Source: a bacterium
Lineage (GTDB): Bacteria; Hydrothermota; Tepidihabitantia; B3-TA06
Direction of reading: 5' to 3'
Assembly (NCBI GenBank): GCA_012517375.1
Contig: JAAYVC010000097.1
Span: forward strand, 1 to 63,345
Length of the DNA: 63,345 bases
Both the position numbers and the translations under genes were made by a program. Below the pieces are notes generated by a model that had not been told where the DNA came from, did no database searches, and saw nothing but the letters and a program-made list of their open reading frames with translations. Below are positions 9,479-19,222 of this stretch, in pieces. Numbering within the stretch: position 1 is the stretch's first letter; each line of letters starts with the position of its first letter.

Positions 9479-9657
9479 TTCCGGAAACTCCCTTTGTCGA
9501 CTGGAATTCTTCGAGATGCGTATAAATAATGATTACCGGCACCCCGGATAATGATGTCATTTGAGATGCAATTATAATCTCCAGTCGAACGGTGTCAACT
9601 CAATCGTGCTGCAAGATACTAAGCCGCGGTATTTGCAGGAACACGAATTATCATCAT

Positions 9658-10176
9658 CTAACCGTTCAAAAGTCCCATAACAACAACGTCATGGTAGCCG
9701 CCTGAATCGTGGTGGGCTTCTCTTTTTACACCTTCTCTCTTGAACCCGAGTCTTTCCAAGAGCGCCAGGCTCCTCGCATTGAAATCGTAAACCTCGGCCT
9801 CTATCCTGTGGCAGCTGCGGGAAAAAAGTTTGCTAACAAGAAGAGAGAGCGCCTCATAGGCGTAACCCCTGCCGCGCTCCTCGCCAAGCCCGAACCGTAG
9901 CCATGCAAATCGCTTGCTGGAGTCCATCCAGTTTATCCTAATGTATCCTATCGGTCTTTCTGAATTATTAAGCGCTATCATGAAATACAACTCCGATTGC
10001 GACTCTATCGACTTTCTTATGCTTTCCTTTTCATCTTCGAGGGTGATATTGCTATCTTCATCCAGCGCCATGCTTTTGAAATAAGGCTCCGATTTCCATC
10101 GGAATACATCCGAGGTGTCATCTAAAGTAACCCCTCTCAGGGATATCCGTTCTGCCTTGAGTATTGATTCTTTCAT
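9658..10176 (-). CDS. GNAT N-acetyltransferase (RimJ/RimL-like)
   Basis: GNAT core with RGRGYAYEAL. The start is moved to ATG 10176 (MKESILKAERISLRGV). Confidence 0.75.
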   Translation of the reverse strand: MKESILKAERISLRGVTLDDTSDVFRWKSEPYFKSMALDEDSNITLEDEKESIRKSIESQSELYFMIALNNSERPIGYIRINWMDSSKRFAWLRFGLGEERGRGYAYEALSLLVSKLFSRSCHRIEAEVYDFNARSLALLERLGFKREGVKREAHHDSGGYHDVVVMGLLNG

Positions 10177-10289
10177 GGTTAATTCTAAACGTCGAGCGGA
10201 AGAAATCAAGAACATGGAGCCAAATGTTTTTTATAAGATCGCGCTTCCGGGTGTTGACAACCCTAGTATGCTGGCTAAACTCCCTAACG

Positions 10290-10859
10290 ATGAACCCGGC
10301 TGAAAGGATAAAGTTGCTGAACGATTATATTGCTCTTCATCCGTCATCAAAAGCGTTTGCACGCCTTGCAGAAGCATATGCGGAAGCGGGACAGGTAGAC
10401 TACGCTCTGGGTCTCATTGAAAAGGGGCTCAAGGAGCACCCCCATTATCTGCCTGCGCTGGTTCTGCGCGCGCAGTATCTTTTGAGACAGAATCAGCCTT
10501 TCAAAGCGGAGGAATCCCTGAGGGGAGCCTTATCGGTCGATCCTGCAAACATTGACGCGCTGAGGATGCTTCTTGAGCTTGAGATGAAACGCGAGGCTGC
10601 AGGGCGCGGGATGACGGCAAAAAAATTGGCCGCCCTCGATCCGGGCGACCCTCTTGCACAAAAGGCGCTTTCAGAAGAGACAAAACAAATATCCCCCTTT
10701 ACAACGCGCAGCGTAGCAGAGCTTTACGAAAGCCAGGGATACTTGTCGGAAGCGCTCCGAATCTATAGGGAAATATTGCGGCTGAATACTGAGGATAAGG
10801 AAATCGGCGCAAAAATAAATGAGCTGGAGGCTCGAATCAATGGAACAAAGACTTCGTAA
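10290..10859 (+). CDS. TPR-repeat protein
   Basis: Helical repeats with A/L/Y spacing typical of TPR. The start is moved to ATG 10290 (MNPAERIKLL), because the upstream part of the tracked ORF overlaps the divergent GNAT gene. Confidence 0.6.
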   Translation: MNPAERIKLLNDYIALHPSSKAFARLAEAYAEAGQVDYALGLIEKGLKEHPHYLPALVLRAQYLLRQNQPFKAEESLRGALSVDPANIDALRMLLELEMKREAAGRGMTAKKLAALDPGDPLAQKALSEETKQISPFTTRSVAELYESQGYLSEALRIYREILRLNTEDKEIGAKINELEARINGTKTS

Positions 10860-11919
10860 GCTTAAGCTTAAAATGAAGAAGGAAGGCCTTGACTCTCTTC
10901 TCGTGACGAATTTGACCAATGTCAGATATCTTACAGGTTATTCCGGCTCTAATGGATACGTTTTCATCGCAGAAAACGTTCATTTTTTTACCGATTTCAG
11001 ATACCAGGAACAAGTAAAGCGTGAGGTTACTAAAAGAGCCCGCATCCACATCATCACAAAGGGTTTTTTTGATGCATTAGGCTCGGTACCCGGACTAGGA
11101 AAGCTAAGGATGATTGGATTTGAAGCCGATAAGGTAACCGTTTCTTTTCTTGAGGAGCTTAAAAAGAGCCTGAAGAAGCAGGGAAACTTCAAATGGGTCC
11201 CTACGAAGAATCTAGTCGAGGATATGCGCAAGGTCAAAGACCAGGAGGAGGTCGAGCACATTGCAAAAGCCGCTGCAATAACGGATAAAACCCTCAAGGA
11301 GGTATTCCGGCTCGTGAAGCCTGGCGTCACTGAACAGGATCTTTCCGCAGAGATAGCTTTCAGATTCATGCGGTATACAGCCTCTCCTCCGGCATTCGAC
11401 TCGATAGTTGCATCAGGGCCCAACAGCGCCATGCCTCATGCGCATCCAACAAACCGCAGGCTCCGCAAGGGAGATTTTCTGACATTCGATATAGGCGCGC
11501 GCTGGAATGGATATTCCGCGGATCTTACGAGAACGGTGGTCATAGGAAGGGCGGGTGAAAAGCACAAGGAGATTTACAAAATCGTTCTCGACGCTCAAAG
11601 AAAGGCTCTTGAAGGCATCCATGCGGGAATCGAGGCAAGAAAGGCGGACGCCCTCGCAAGAGACGTTATTAAGGCTGCAGGCTACGGCGAGTATTTCGGG
11701 CACAGCCTTGGGCATGGAGTAGGGCTTCAGACCCATGACGGCATAGCTCTTTCCTCGCTCGCGAAAGACAAGGTTCCGGAAGGCGCGGTTGTTACCGTGG
11801 AACCGGGCATATACATCCCCGACTGGGGCGGCGTAAGGATTGAGGATCTTGTACTTGTTTTGAGAAACGGCGTTAAGCTTCTCTCGCATTCCCCTCGCGG
11901 GAAGCTGCTGGAGCTATAG
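10840..11919 (+). CDS. Xaa-Pro aminopeptidase (M24B)
   Basis: Creatinase-like N-domain (VRYLTGYSG) plus M24 metal-ligand blocks FDIGARWNGYSADLTR, GHSLGHGVG, VTVEPGIY and VRIED. Confidence 0.9.
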   Translation: MEQRLRKLKLKMKKEGLDSLLVTNLTNVRYLTGYSGSNGYVFIAENVHFFTDFRYQEQVKREVTKRARIHIITKGFFDALGSVPGLGKLRMIGFEADKVTVSFLEELKKSLKKQGNFKWVPTKNLVEDMRKVKDQEEVEHIAKAAAITDKTLKEVFRLVKPGVTEQDLSAEIAFRFMRYTASPPAFDSIVASGPNSAMPHAHPTNRRLRKGDFLTFDIGARWNGYSADLTRTVVIGRAGEKHKEIYKIVLDAQRKALEGIHAGIEARKADALARDVIKAAGYGEYFGHSLGHGVGLQTHDGIALSSLAKDKVPEGAVVTVEPGIYIPDWGGVRIEDLVLVLRNGVKLLSHSPRGKLLEL

Positions 11920-11928
11920 GAGGCATAA

Positions 11929-12411
11929 TTGAAGCTTTCGGATATAGAGAGATTGATGAAACTGCTTGGCGAGTCGGATCTCGCCGAGGTTGAGATTCAA
12001 TACGGCTGGCGGAAAAAAATTCGCCTGAGCAAATTCGCTGGCCAGGTAAGAGTTGAGCAAATACCAGTTTCGCCCGCTTTAACTTCTCGCGAGACACAAA
12101 CGACGCATCCGGTTGATACAAAGATGACAGAAAAGCAAGAGTCTGTTGAGGCGCCGAAAAGAGCGGCCAATCTGATTGCCATAACCTCGCCGATGGTCGG
12201 CACATTCTACCGCGCGCCAGCTCCTGACGCTCCTCCCTATACCGAGGTCGGAGAAATGGTCAAGCCCGGAACCGTTGTCTGCATAGTGGAAGCCATGAAG
12301 CTCATGAACGAGATACAGTCGGATGTATCGGGCAAGGTTGTCGAGATACTTGTGGCGAACGAAACGCCAGTAGAGTACGGTCAGGAACTCTTCCTTATAG
12401 AACCGATGTAA
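11929..12411 (+). CDS. accB: acetyl-CoA carboxylase biotin carboxyl carrier protein
   Basis: 160 aa with a TTG start after GGAGG. Biotinylation motif EAMKLMNEI in the C-terminal lipoyl-like domain. Confidence 0.9.
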   Translation: MKLSDIERLMKLLGESDLAEVEIQYGWRKKIRLSKFAGQVRVEQIPVSPALTSRETQTTHPVDTKMTEKQESVEAPKRAANLIAITSPMVGTFYRAPAPDAPPYTEVGEMVKPGTVVCIVEAMKLMNEIQSDVSGKVVEILVANETPVEYGQELFLIEPM

Positions 12412-12412
12412 T

Positions 12413-13777
12413 ATGTTTACAAAGGTTCTTATCGCAAACCGCGGAGAAATAGCCGTCCGAATCATACGCGCGTGCAAGGAGCTCGGCATTGGAACGGTTG
12501 CCGTCTACTCCCAGGCCGATTCTGAAGCCCTGCATGCCCGTCTTGCCGACGAAGCCGTATGCATAGGACCACCTCTTGCGTCCGAAAGCTACCTTAAAGT
12601 CACCAATCTCATAAGCGCTGCTGAAGTTTCCGGCTGCGAGGCGGTTCATCCAGGATACGGTTTTCTTGCAGAAAATGCGCGCTTTGCCCAGGCTGTTTCG
12701 GAGTCAGGGCTTACATTCATAGGACCGACTCCCGACAATATTACAAAGATGGGCGATAAAAGTCTTGCCAAGCAGACGATGCGCGCCGCAAGAATTCCGG
12801 TCATACCGGGTTCGGAAAAGGACGTAAAATCCGTCGCTGAGGCTAAGAAACTTGCGTCGGAGTATGGATATCCGGTGCTCTTAAAGGCCGCCGCAGGAGG
12901 AGGGGGAAAGGGTATGAGACTCGCGAGGGACGAGAAGGAGCTTGAAGCCGGCTACAAGATGGCAAAAGCCGAAGCCAAAGCCGCCTTCGGGGACGACAGG
13001 CTCTATCTTGAAAAATATATCGAGAAGCCTCGGCACGTTGAGATTCAGATTATTGCGGATTCTTTTGCTAACATCGTTCATCTGGCCGAGCGCGAATGCT
13101 CCATCCAGCGCCGCCACCAGAAGCTTATTGAGGAGTCGCCATCGCCTGCCGTAAACGAGGCGCTCCGAAAAAGGATGGGCGAATCGGCTGTTGCGGCTGC
13201 AAAGACCATAGGGTATCAGAGCGCAGGGACAATAGAGTTCCTTCTGGATGCGTCAGGAAACTTCTACTTCATGGAGATGAATACGAGGATTCAGGTCGAG
13301 CATCCGGTTACCGAGATGATCTCTGGATACGACCTCCTAAAGGAACAGATACGGGTTGCTGCAGGAGAAAAGCTTTCCGTAACGAAGGATGTCTTAAAAC
13401 CTTACGGTCACGCAATCGAGTGCCGCATAAACGCGGAGGATCCTGACCGGGACTTCATGCCCACTCCGGGCAAGATAACGTTCCTGCACCTTCCTGGCGG
13501 TCCTGGCGTCAGGGTTGACACCCACATCTTTGCCGACTACAAGATTCCGCCTAACTACGATTCTCTCATCGCCAAGGTGATAGCATGGGGAGAAACGAGG
13601 GCCGAGGCAATCGTACGCATGCGCCGGGCGCTCGAGGAGTTCTACATCGAAGGCGTCAAGACGACCATCCCCTTCCACCTGAAGGTTCTGGACGATACGG
13701 AGTTCCAGAAGGGCAACTTGCATACGAGCTTCATCCCCGAGATGGCGGAACGGCTGAAGGTTTCCGAAGATAAGTAA
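12413..13777 (+). CDS. accC: acetyl-CoA carboxylase biotin carboxylase
   Basis: 454 aa. [12 protein letters not shown]-terminus, ATP-grasp [22 protein letters not shown]. Confidence 0.95.
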   Translation: MFTKVLIANRGEIAVRIIRACKELGIGTVAVYSQADSEALHARLADEAVCIGPPLASESYLKVTNLISAAEVSGCEAVHPGYGFLAENARFAQAVSESGLTFIGPTPDNITKMGDKSLAKQTMRAARIPVIPGSEKDVKSVAEAKKLASEYGYPVLLKAAAGGGGKGMRLARDEKELEAGYKMAKAEAKAAFGDDRLYLEKYIEKPRHVEIQIIADSFANIVHLAERECSIQRRHQKLIEESPSPAVNEALRKRMGESAVAAAKTIGYQSAGTIEFLLDASGNFYFMEMNTRIQVEHPVTEMISGYDLLKEQIRVAAGEKLSVTKDVLKPYGHAIECRINAEDPDRDFMPTPGKITFLHLPGGPGVRVDTHIFADYKIPPNYDSLIAKVIAWGETRAEAIVRMRRALEEFYIEGVKTTIPFHLKVLDDTEFQKGNLHTSFIPEMAERLKVSEDK

Positions 13778-13897
13778 TACGTCATACCATATCAGGATAT
13801 CCTGTTCTTCAACATCTGGAGAATAAAGGGCAAGCCCCTTGACAACCCTTTTTTTCAGCCTAAATTTATAGTATAAGCCATCCGAGGAGGTGGTTTT

Positions 13898-14626
13898 ATG
13901 AAAAACATACGTCGTCTTACAGGTGTTTTTGTTGTCACAGGAGTGGCGTTATCGATAACTGCTGCGTTTGCAACTGGTACGGTGTCTTCACAGGTAATCG
14001 ATGGTGTCGCTTACGTTTATCATACGGACGCCAACTGGAACTGCTGTCCGGATACGGTCATGGAGATAGTGCCGAATTCGGACTCGGCGGACATAATAGA
14101 CATCTTTGAACACGACCTGGGCACTCACCCATGCAAATGCATGTGCTACTTCGACTTCACCCATAAGCTCGAGGGGCTTGCTCCCGGATACTACACGGCA
14201 AGGGTCTGGGAGGTCTTCCGGGATAACGAACCTGAACCGGCTGGAACTACAACTTTCACGATACCTTTCCAGACAGGCAGCCTGTCCTTTTCTTCGGACA
14301 TGAGCAGCTGCCACGATGAACCGGGAATAGAAGAAGGTATCCACCTTCAGACCAAGGCATCCATCGAGTCTGCATCCCCCTTTGCTGCTCAATCAGTAGA
14401 AATATGTTTTACTATAGAAGCCGAGAGTCAAATTATACTTGCGATTTACAACTCCGCCGGCATAAAGGTTCGCGATCTTTATGGCGGCGTTCAAGACGCA
14501 GGAATGCACTTTGCCGGATGGGATGCTTGTGACAATCACGGAAACAAGGTTCCCAGAGGAACATACTTTGTGATTCTTGGGATTGGGAATAATATACACA
14601 CACTACCTCTAATCGTTTTAAGGTAG
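13898..14626 (+). CDS. secreted Cys-rich protein with T9SS/FlgD-Ig-like C-terminal domain, paralogue 1
   Basis: Signal peptide. Conserved block VAYV.H.DA.WNCCPD...HPCKCMCYFDFTHKLEGLAPGYYTARVWE. C-terminus ...GTYFVILGIGNNIHTLPLIVLR. Confidence 0.7.
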   Translation: MKNIRRLTGVFVVTGVALSITAAFATGTVSSQVIDGVAYVYHTDANWNCCPDTVMEIVPNSDSADIIDIFEHDLGTHPCKCMCYFDFTHKLEGLAPGYYTARVWEVFRDNEPEPAGTTTFTIPFQTGSLSFSSDMSSCHDEPGIEEGIHLQTKASIESASPFAAQSVEICFTIEAESQIILAIYNSAGIKVRDLYGGVQDAGMHFAGWDACDNHGNKVPRGTYFVILGIGNNIHTLPLIVLR

Positions 14627-14645
14627 TTTAAAAAAGGAGAGTACT

Positions 14646-15353
14646 ATGAGGTCTTTTAAGGTCTTAGCGCTCTGTTTATTTGCGGGAATCCCGGTTTCTT
14701 CTCTGTTTGCGTCTGGAACCGTATGGTCAGAGGTCGTCAATAATGTCGCCTATATTCATCACGATAAGGCGGAGTTCAACTGCTGTCCGGATATGGTATT
14801 CGAGATGGAAAAGAATGGCAACTTCATTGACATCTATGAAAAGGATAAGTGCACAAATCCCTGTCTCTGCGATTGCGAGTTCGACTTCACCCACAAGCTC
14901 GAAGGTCTCGAGCCCGGCACTTACACCGCAAAGGTGTGGGAGTCTTCGCAGTGCGACGATAAGTACAGCCTTTCTGGCTCGACCGTTTTCAAGATAGAAG
15001 CCAAAACCGATCTTCCTAGCAATCAGAGTCTGATGAGCGAATGCGGCGGATGGACCGGCACGGGCGAGCATCCGTTTCCGGAGATGCCGTGGCTTTCCTC
15101 TGAAAGGATTGTTATAAACGATGTAAAGATAGAATACATGCTTCCCGAGAACGCGTCTCCGGAGATTACAATCTATAACATTCTTGGTGTAAAGATAAGG
15201 TTTTTTTCGCCCGGGCCGCAGTCTCAGGGAATCCATTCTTTTAACTGGGATACACGCGACGATAAAGGAATTGCGATGCCGAAAGGAGTGTACTTCGTTA
15301 GGCTCGAGGTTTTGGGCTTTGCAAGAAGCCTGCCCCTTGTTGTCTTACGGTAG
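14646..15353 (+). CDS. secreted Cys-rich protein with T9SS-type CTD, paralogue 2
   Basis: Same architecture: GTVWSEVVNNVAYIHHDKAEFNCCPD, NPCLCDCEFDFTHKLEGLEPGTYTAKVWE, CTD ...GVYFVRLEVLGFARSLPLVVLR. RBS AGGAGAG. Confidence 0.7.
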   Translation: MRSFKVLALCLFAGIPVSSLFASGTVWSEVVNNVAYIHHDKAEFNCCPDMVFEMEKNGNFIDIYEKDKCTNPCLCDCEFDFTHKLEGLEPGTYTAKVWESSQCDDKYSLSGSTVFKIEAKTDLPSNQSLMSECGGWTGTGEHPFPEMPWLSSERIVINDVKIEYMLPENASPEITIYNILGVKIRFFSPGPQSQGIHSFNWDTRDDKGIAMPKGVYFVRLEVLGFARSLPLVVLR

Positions 15354-15389
15354 GAGGATTGAAACATATCCTGGATTAAAGGAGGAAGA

Positions 15390-16094
15390 ATGAAGCTTAA
15401 GGTATTACTGGCATGTACGATAGCGCTGACAGGCGCTGCATCGGCCGCTTACGGGTCGGGCACAGTATGGTCAGACGTCAAGGATAATGTTGCATACGTG
15501 CATCACGACAAAGCGGAGTTTAACTGCTGCCCGGACATGTTTTACGATATCGAAATCGCAGGGAAGATTGTAAACATATATGAAAAAGACCTCTGCACTC
15601 ACCCCTGTGATTGCAACTGCGAATTCGATTTCGTGCACAAGCTCGAAGGCCTTGAAGCGGGCGCATACACCGCAAAGGTCTGGGAAGCAAGCTGCGACAA
15701 CAACTACAGTCTTGCAGGAACCACCATCTTTAACATCCCGGAAGAGATTCCGCAGGCGAACAACACAAGCATAATGAGCGAATGCGGAGGCTGGACGGGC
15801 GCCTGGGATGATCTTTTCCCGGATGACATAAAGCTTTCGGCAAACACGCCTGTTCTTAATGATGTGACAATCAGCTACATCCTTTCTGATGTTTCGCAGG
15901 TTTCGCTGATAATATACGACGCGGCGGGCAGAGAGGTAAGGAAGCTTGACGCAGGGACACAAACGGCAGGCAAGCATGAGCAAGTATGGGATACGCGAGA
16001 CAACACAGGAGCAAGGGTGCAAAGAGGCGTTTATTTTATAATGCTATATGCAGGAGGAAGCATTAGAACCCTTCCATTGCTTGTGTTGAAGTAA
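15390..16094 (+). CDS. secreted Cys-rich protein with T9SS-type CTD, paralogue 3
   Basis: GTVWSDVKDNVAYVHHDKAEFNCCPD, HPCDCNCEFDFVHKLEGLEAGAYTAKVWE, CTD ...GVYFIMLYAGGSIRTLPLLVLK. RBS AGGAGGAAG. Confidence 0.7.
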   Translation: MKLKVLLACTIALTGAASAAYGSGTVWSDVKDNVAYVHHDKAEFNCCPDMFYDIEIAGKIVNIYEKDLCTHPCDCNCEFDFVHKLEGLEAGAYTAKVWEASCDNNYSLAGTTIFNIPEEIPQANNTSIMSECGGWTGAWDDLFPDDIKLSANTPVLNDVTISYILSDVSQVSLIIYDAAGREVRKLDAGTQTAGKHEQVWDTRDNTGARVQRGVYFIMLYAGGSIRTLPLLVLK

Positions 16095-16120
16095 CGGCTC
16101 GACGAGTAAAGGAGGGGTAA

Positions 16121-16841
16121 GACGAGAAAAAATATGCACTATCCCTGATTTTATTGTTTGCGGTTTCTGGTTTAATGCATTTACAGGCATCAGGAACTGT
16201 GTGGTCAGAGGTCATGGATAATGGTGCATACGTGCATCACGACGACTCCGAGTTCAACTGCTGCAATGATTTCTTAATCTGGTCAGAGCATGATTCCAGC
16301 GATTATAAACATCTACGAACTTGACTCCTTACACGGCTGCAGCTGCACATGTTTTTACGATTTCACTCACGAATTTACCGGTCTAAAACCGGGTTCGTAC
16401 ACGGCAAAGGTCTGGGAAGTTCCTTACGAGACTTATAAACTTGCAGGTACAACCGAATTCGTGATCCCCGTTCAGAGGGGCTCGCCATCCACAACCAGTT
16501 CAAAAGGACCCTGTCACTGGTTTCCGGGAGTTGCGGAACAAGAAGCATCTTATGGCATCGAGTTTAAGAATTTATCCTTCTCGCCGGTGGAGATTTCTTT
16601 CACCATGCCGGAGCCAACAAGCGTCACCGTCTCCATCTTTGATGTTGCAGGCAGGACGGTACGCACTCTTACGGAAGGCTACAAGGGAAGCGGAGAGCAT
16701 GCACTGACATGGAATTCTCAAGATGAGACAGGAAAGTTCGTACCTAAAGGAGTATACCACGTGCGATTGACTATACCCAAATTCTCGAAAAACCCTCTCT
16801 TTGGTAATTCTGCGCTAGCTGAGTATCGGTTTTGTGGATAA
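16121..16841 (+). pseudogene. decayed fourth copy of the Cys-rich T9SS-cargo family
   Basis: The N-terminal homology (..KKYALSLILLFAVSGLMHLQASGTVWSEVMDNGAYVHHDDSEFNCCND..) lies in a frame open over 16121-16324 with no usable start; GTA sits where ATG is expected after the RBS, and there is a frame change in an A-run. The rest (IINIYELDSLHGCSCTCFYDFTHEFTGLKPGSYTAKVWE..) is in another frame (16290..16841), and the C-terminal strand and stop have diverged. Confidence 0.65.
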
Positions 16842-16903
16842 GGTGAGGAAAATGTGTGGATAAATCGGAAATTACTCCTTGCAAGTAGACCATTTGCAGC
16901 CCC

Positions 16904-16944
16904 TTGACAAGCGCCTTATTTTTGTTTACAATATATGGTAAACA
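16904..16944 (+). promoter_or_regulatory. lexA promoter with overlapping palindromic operator (candidate SOS box)
   Basis: TTGACA (16904-16909), a 17-nt spacer, TACAAT (16927-16932). A perfect inverted repeat TGTTTAC-N8-GTAAACA (16923-16944) covers the -10. Confidence 0.65.
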
Positions 16945-16957
16945 TAAGGAGTAGCAT

Positions 16958-17521
16958 GTGAGATTACCTAACCCGAAGATGAAGATTTTCGAGTTCATAC
17001 AGGAGTTTGCGGCCGACAGAGGCTATCCGCCGTCAATCCGCGATATAGCAAAAGGTCTCGGCTACCAGAGTACGAAAGCCATTAAGATTCATCTCGACGA
17101 TCTTGCCCGTGACGGCGTAATCAAGCGTCAGCCGGGAAGAGCGCGCGCTATACAGGTCGAACCATGGGGCATACCGATTCTAGGACGTGTTCCGGCAGGT
17201 ACGCCTAATCTTGCGGTACAGGATGTTGAAGAGATATTCTCCGCCACCCGCTGGAGACGCTCTTTCATGCTTCGGGTCAAGGGCGATTCGATGATTAACG
17301 CCGGGATTATGGAAGGCGATCTTGTTGTTGTGGACCCTCGCCAGCAAGCGAAACCCGGCGATATAATCGTTGCAAGACTTTACGACGAAGCAACCGTTAA
17401 AAGACTGATTATGCACGAAGACGCCTACGCTTTGAAACCCGAGAATCCTGCATATGAGCTCATCAAGGATCATTTCGACGTCGTCGGCAAGGTTGTAGGC
17501 GTCATCAGGGAATACGTTTAG
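16958..17521 (+). CDS. lexA: LexA repressor (S24 peptidase)
   Basis: 187 aa with a GTG start 6 nt after AAGGAG. wHTH GYPPSIRDIAKGLGY, cleavage-domain Ser in VKGDSM and Lys in ATVKRL. Confidence 0.9.
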   Translation: MRLPNPKMKIFEFIQEFAADRGYPPSIRDIAKGLGYQSTKAIKIHLDDLARDGVIKRQPGRARAIQVEPWGIPILGRVPAGTPNLAVQDVEEIFSATRWRRSFMLRVKGDSMINAGIMEGDLVVVDPRQQAKPGDIIVARLYDEATVKRLIMHEDAYALKPENPAYELIKDHFDVVGKVVGVIREYV

Positions 17522-17650
17522 AAAATTACTCATAGGTCTCTGAGTAGAAGGCCCCCTCCGGGGGCGAGGGAGGGATAAGGGGGAGGGAACCTTGATGATT
17601 GACAAGCCTCTTATTTAAAAATAGTACGGCCTTAGGAGGACCCAAAGGTG

Positions 17651-17674
17651 AAGGCCGCCTTGACGGCCTTTTTC
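17651..17674 (+). terminator. intrinsic terminator downstream of lexA
   Basis: AAGGCCG-CCTTGA-CGGCCTT followed by TTTTC. Confidence 0.6.
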
Positions 17675-17701
17675 ATCAATTTCCTATTGGGATGGTGGTA
17701 T

Positions 17702-19222
17702 TTAGTCCAGTTTTCCGACAACCTTCTCGACCGCTTCGAGTATCTCGCCCGAGCGGACAGCCTCGGCCATCGCGTTGTTGTCGTCGAACAACGGCCTGTC
17801 TTCATCGAGATGAGCAACGTGCTTGCGGATCGCATTGTACGCGGCTTTGGATGCGGGTCCGGGCTCGGCGTCGCGGAAGTCGAACGCCTGCGCGGCCGCG
17901 ATGAGCTCGATGCCCAGAACGCCGTAAGCGTTGTCTAGTATCTGACGGGTCTTTAAGGCTGTTGTCATTCCCATCGAGACAAAGTCCTCCTGGTCGGCGG
18001 CTGAGGGGATTGAGCCGTTTGCCGCCGGATGCGAGAGAACCCGCTGCTCGTTGACGAGCTGGCAGGCCGTGTACTGCGAAAGCATGAGGCCTGAGAACAT
18101 GCCGCCGCCGCGCGTGAGAAAGCCGGGAAGGCCAGCAGACAGCGCCGGATTCATGAGCCGGTTAAGCCGGCGCTCCGATAGAACGCAGACCGTCGAGACG
18201 GCGAGACCCAAAGCCTCCAGCGCGAAAGCCAATGGCGTGCCCTGGAAGTTGGCGCCCGTGATAACCTCTTTATCGTCCGGGAAGAAAAGGGGATTGTCGC
18301 CGACGCCGTTCAGCTCGATTTCGTACATCTCGCGAGCGAAGCGCCACGAATCCCTTGCCGCGCCCGCAACCTGGGGCGTCGAGCGAAGACTGTATGCGTC
18401 TTGAACGCGCTTGCCCTTGCGTTCGAGGAGTTTTGAGCCCTGCATAAGCTTGCGCAGATTGGCCGCTACCGTCACTGCGCCGGGGTATCCGCGCGCCTTG
18501 TGAAGACGCTCGTCAAGGCACTTGGTGTTGATGTTGAGGGCCTCCATGGTCATGGCGGATGCGATGTCGTGCATCTTGAGCCAGCGCATGGTCTCGGGGA
18601 GCATTATGCAGCCCCAGCCGTTGATGACGTTGGAGCCGTTGATGGTCGCCAGGCCGTCGCGCGCCTCATACTTGATGGTTGGAACCTTTGCACGCTTCAT
18701 AGCCTCCGCGCCCGGGAGCCGCTCGCCCTTGTAGAACGCCTCGCCCTCGCCCATGAGAACGAGAGCCATCTGGCCCATCGGCGAGAGGTCCCCGCACGCG
18801 CCCACTGAGCCGCGCTTGCACATCACGGGATGCACGCCTGCATTGAGCATTGCCGCAAGCGTCTCTACGATAACGGGGCGGCAGCCCGAAAGCCCGTTGC
18901 ACAGGACATTTATTCGCGTCGCTATTGCCGCACGTACAACCTCCTCAGGCATCGGCTCGCCTATGCCTGCCGCATGCGAATAGATTAAATAGCGCTGGTA
19001 AGCCTGGGTCTGTTCTGGCGTCAGAACGACCTCCGAAAACTCGCCAATTCCCGTTGTAACCCCGTACATAATCTCCCTTTTCTCAATCTTCTCCTCGCAC
19101 ATGGCCCGGCAGCGCTTGATTCGCTCCCACGCCTCGGAAGCGATCTCGACTTTCTCGAAACCCCTTGCAACGCGTTCTATATCTTCAATCTTCAAGTTCT
19201 TGCCTGAGAAAACAACAGCCAT
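17702..19222 (-). CDS. hutH: histidine ammonia-lyase (MIO-dependent aromatic amino-acid lyase family)
   Basis: 506 aa from ATG 19222 (RBS AAGGAG). Y53 in MYGVTTGIG, S82-H83 (HAL-type selectivity pair), DAYSLRSTPQV. The MIO triad reads GSVGACGDLSP, i.e. Ala-Cys-Gly instead of Ala-Ser-Gly. Confidence 0.85.
   Translation of the reverse strand: MAVVFSGKNLKIEDIERVARGFEKVEIASEAWERIKRCRAMCEEKIEKREIMYGVTTGIGEFSEVVLTPEQTQAYQRYLIYSHAAGIGEPMPEEVVRAAIATRINVLCNGLSGCRPVIVETLAAMLNAGVHPVMCKRGSVGACGDLSPMGQMALVLMGEGEAFYKGERLPGAEAMKRAKVPTIKYEARDGLATINGSNVINGWGCIMLPETMRWLKMHDIASAMTMEALNINTKCLDERLHKARGYPGAVTVAANLRKLMQGSKLLERKGKRVQDAYSLRSTPQVAGAARDSWRFAREMYEIELNGVGDNPLFFPDDKEVITGANFQGTPLAFALEALGLAVSTVCVLSERRLNRLMNPALSAGLPGFLTRGGGMFSGLMLSQYTACQLVNEQRVLSHPAANGSIPSAADQEDFVSMGMTTALKTRQILDNAYGVLGIELIAAAQAFDFRDAEPGPASKAAYNAIRKHVAHLDEDRPLFDDNNAMAEAVRSGEILEAVEKVVGKLD

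Noticed and set aside
10164-10289. Long N-terminal extension of the TPR ORF (MILSWLILNVERKK...)
   Set aside because: It overlaps the divergent GNAT gene start and promoter region. A conventional start exists at 10290.
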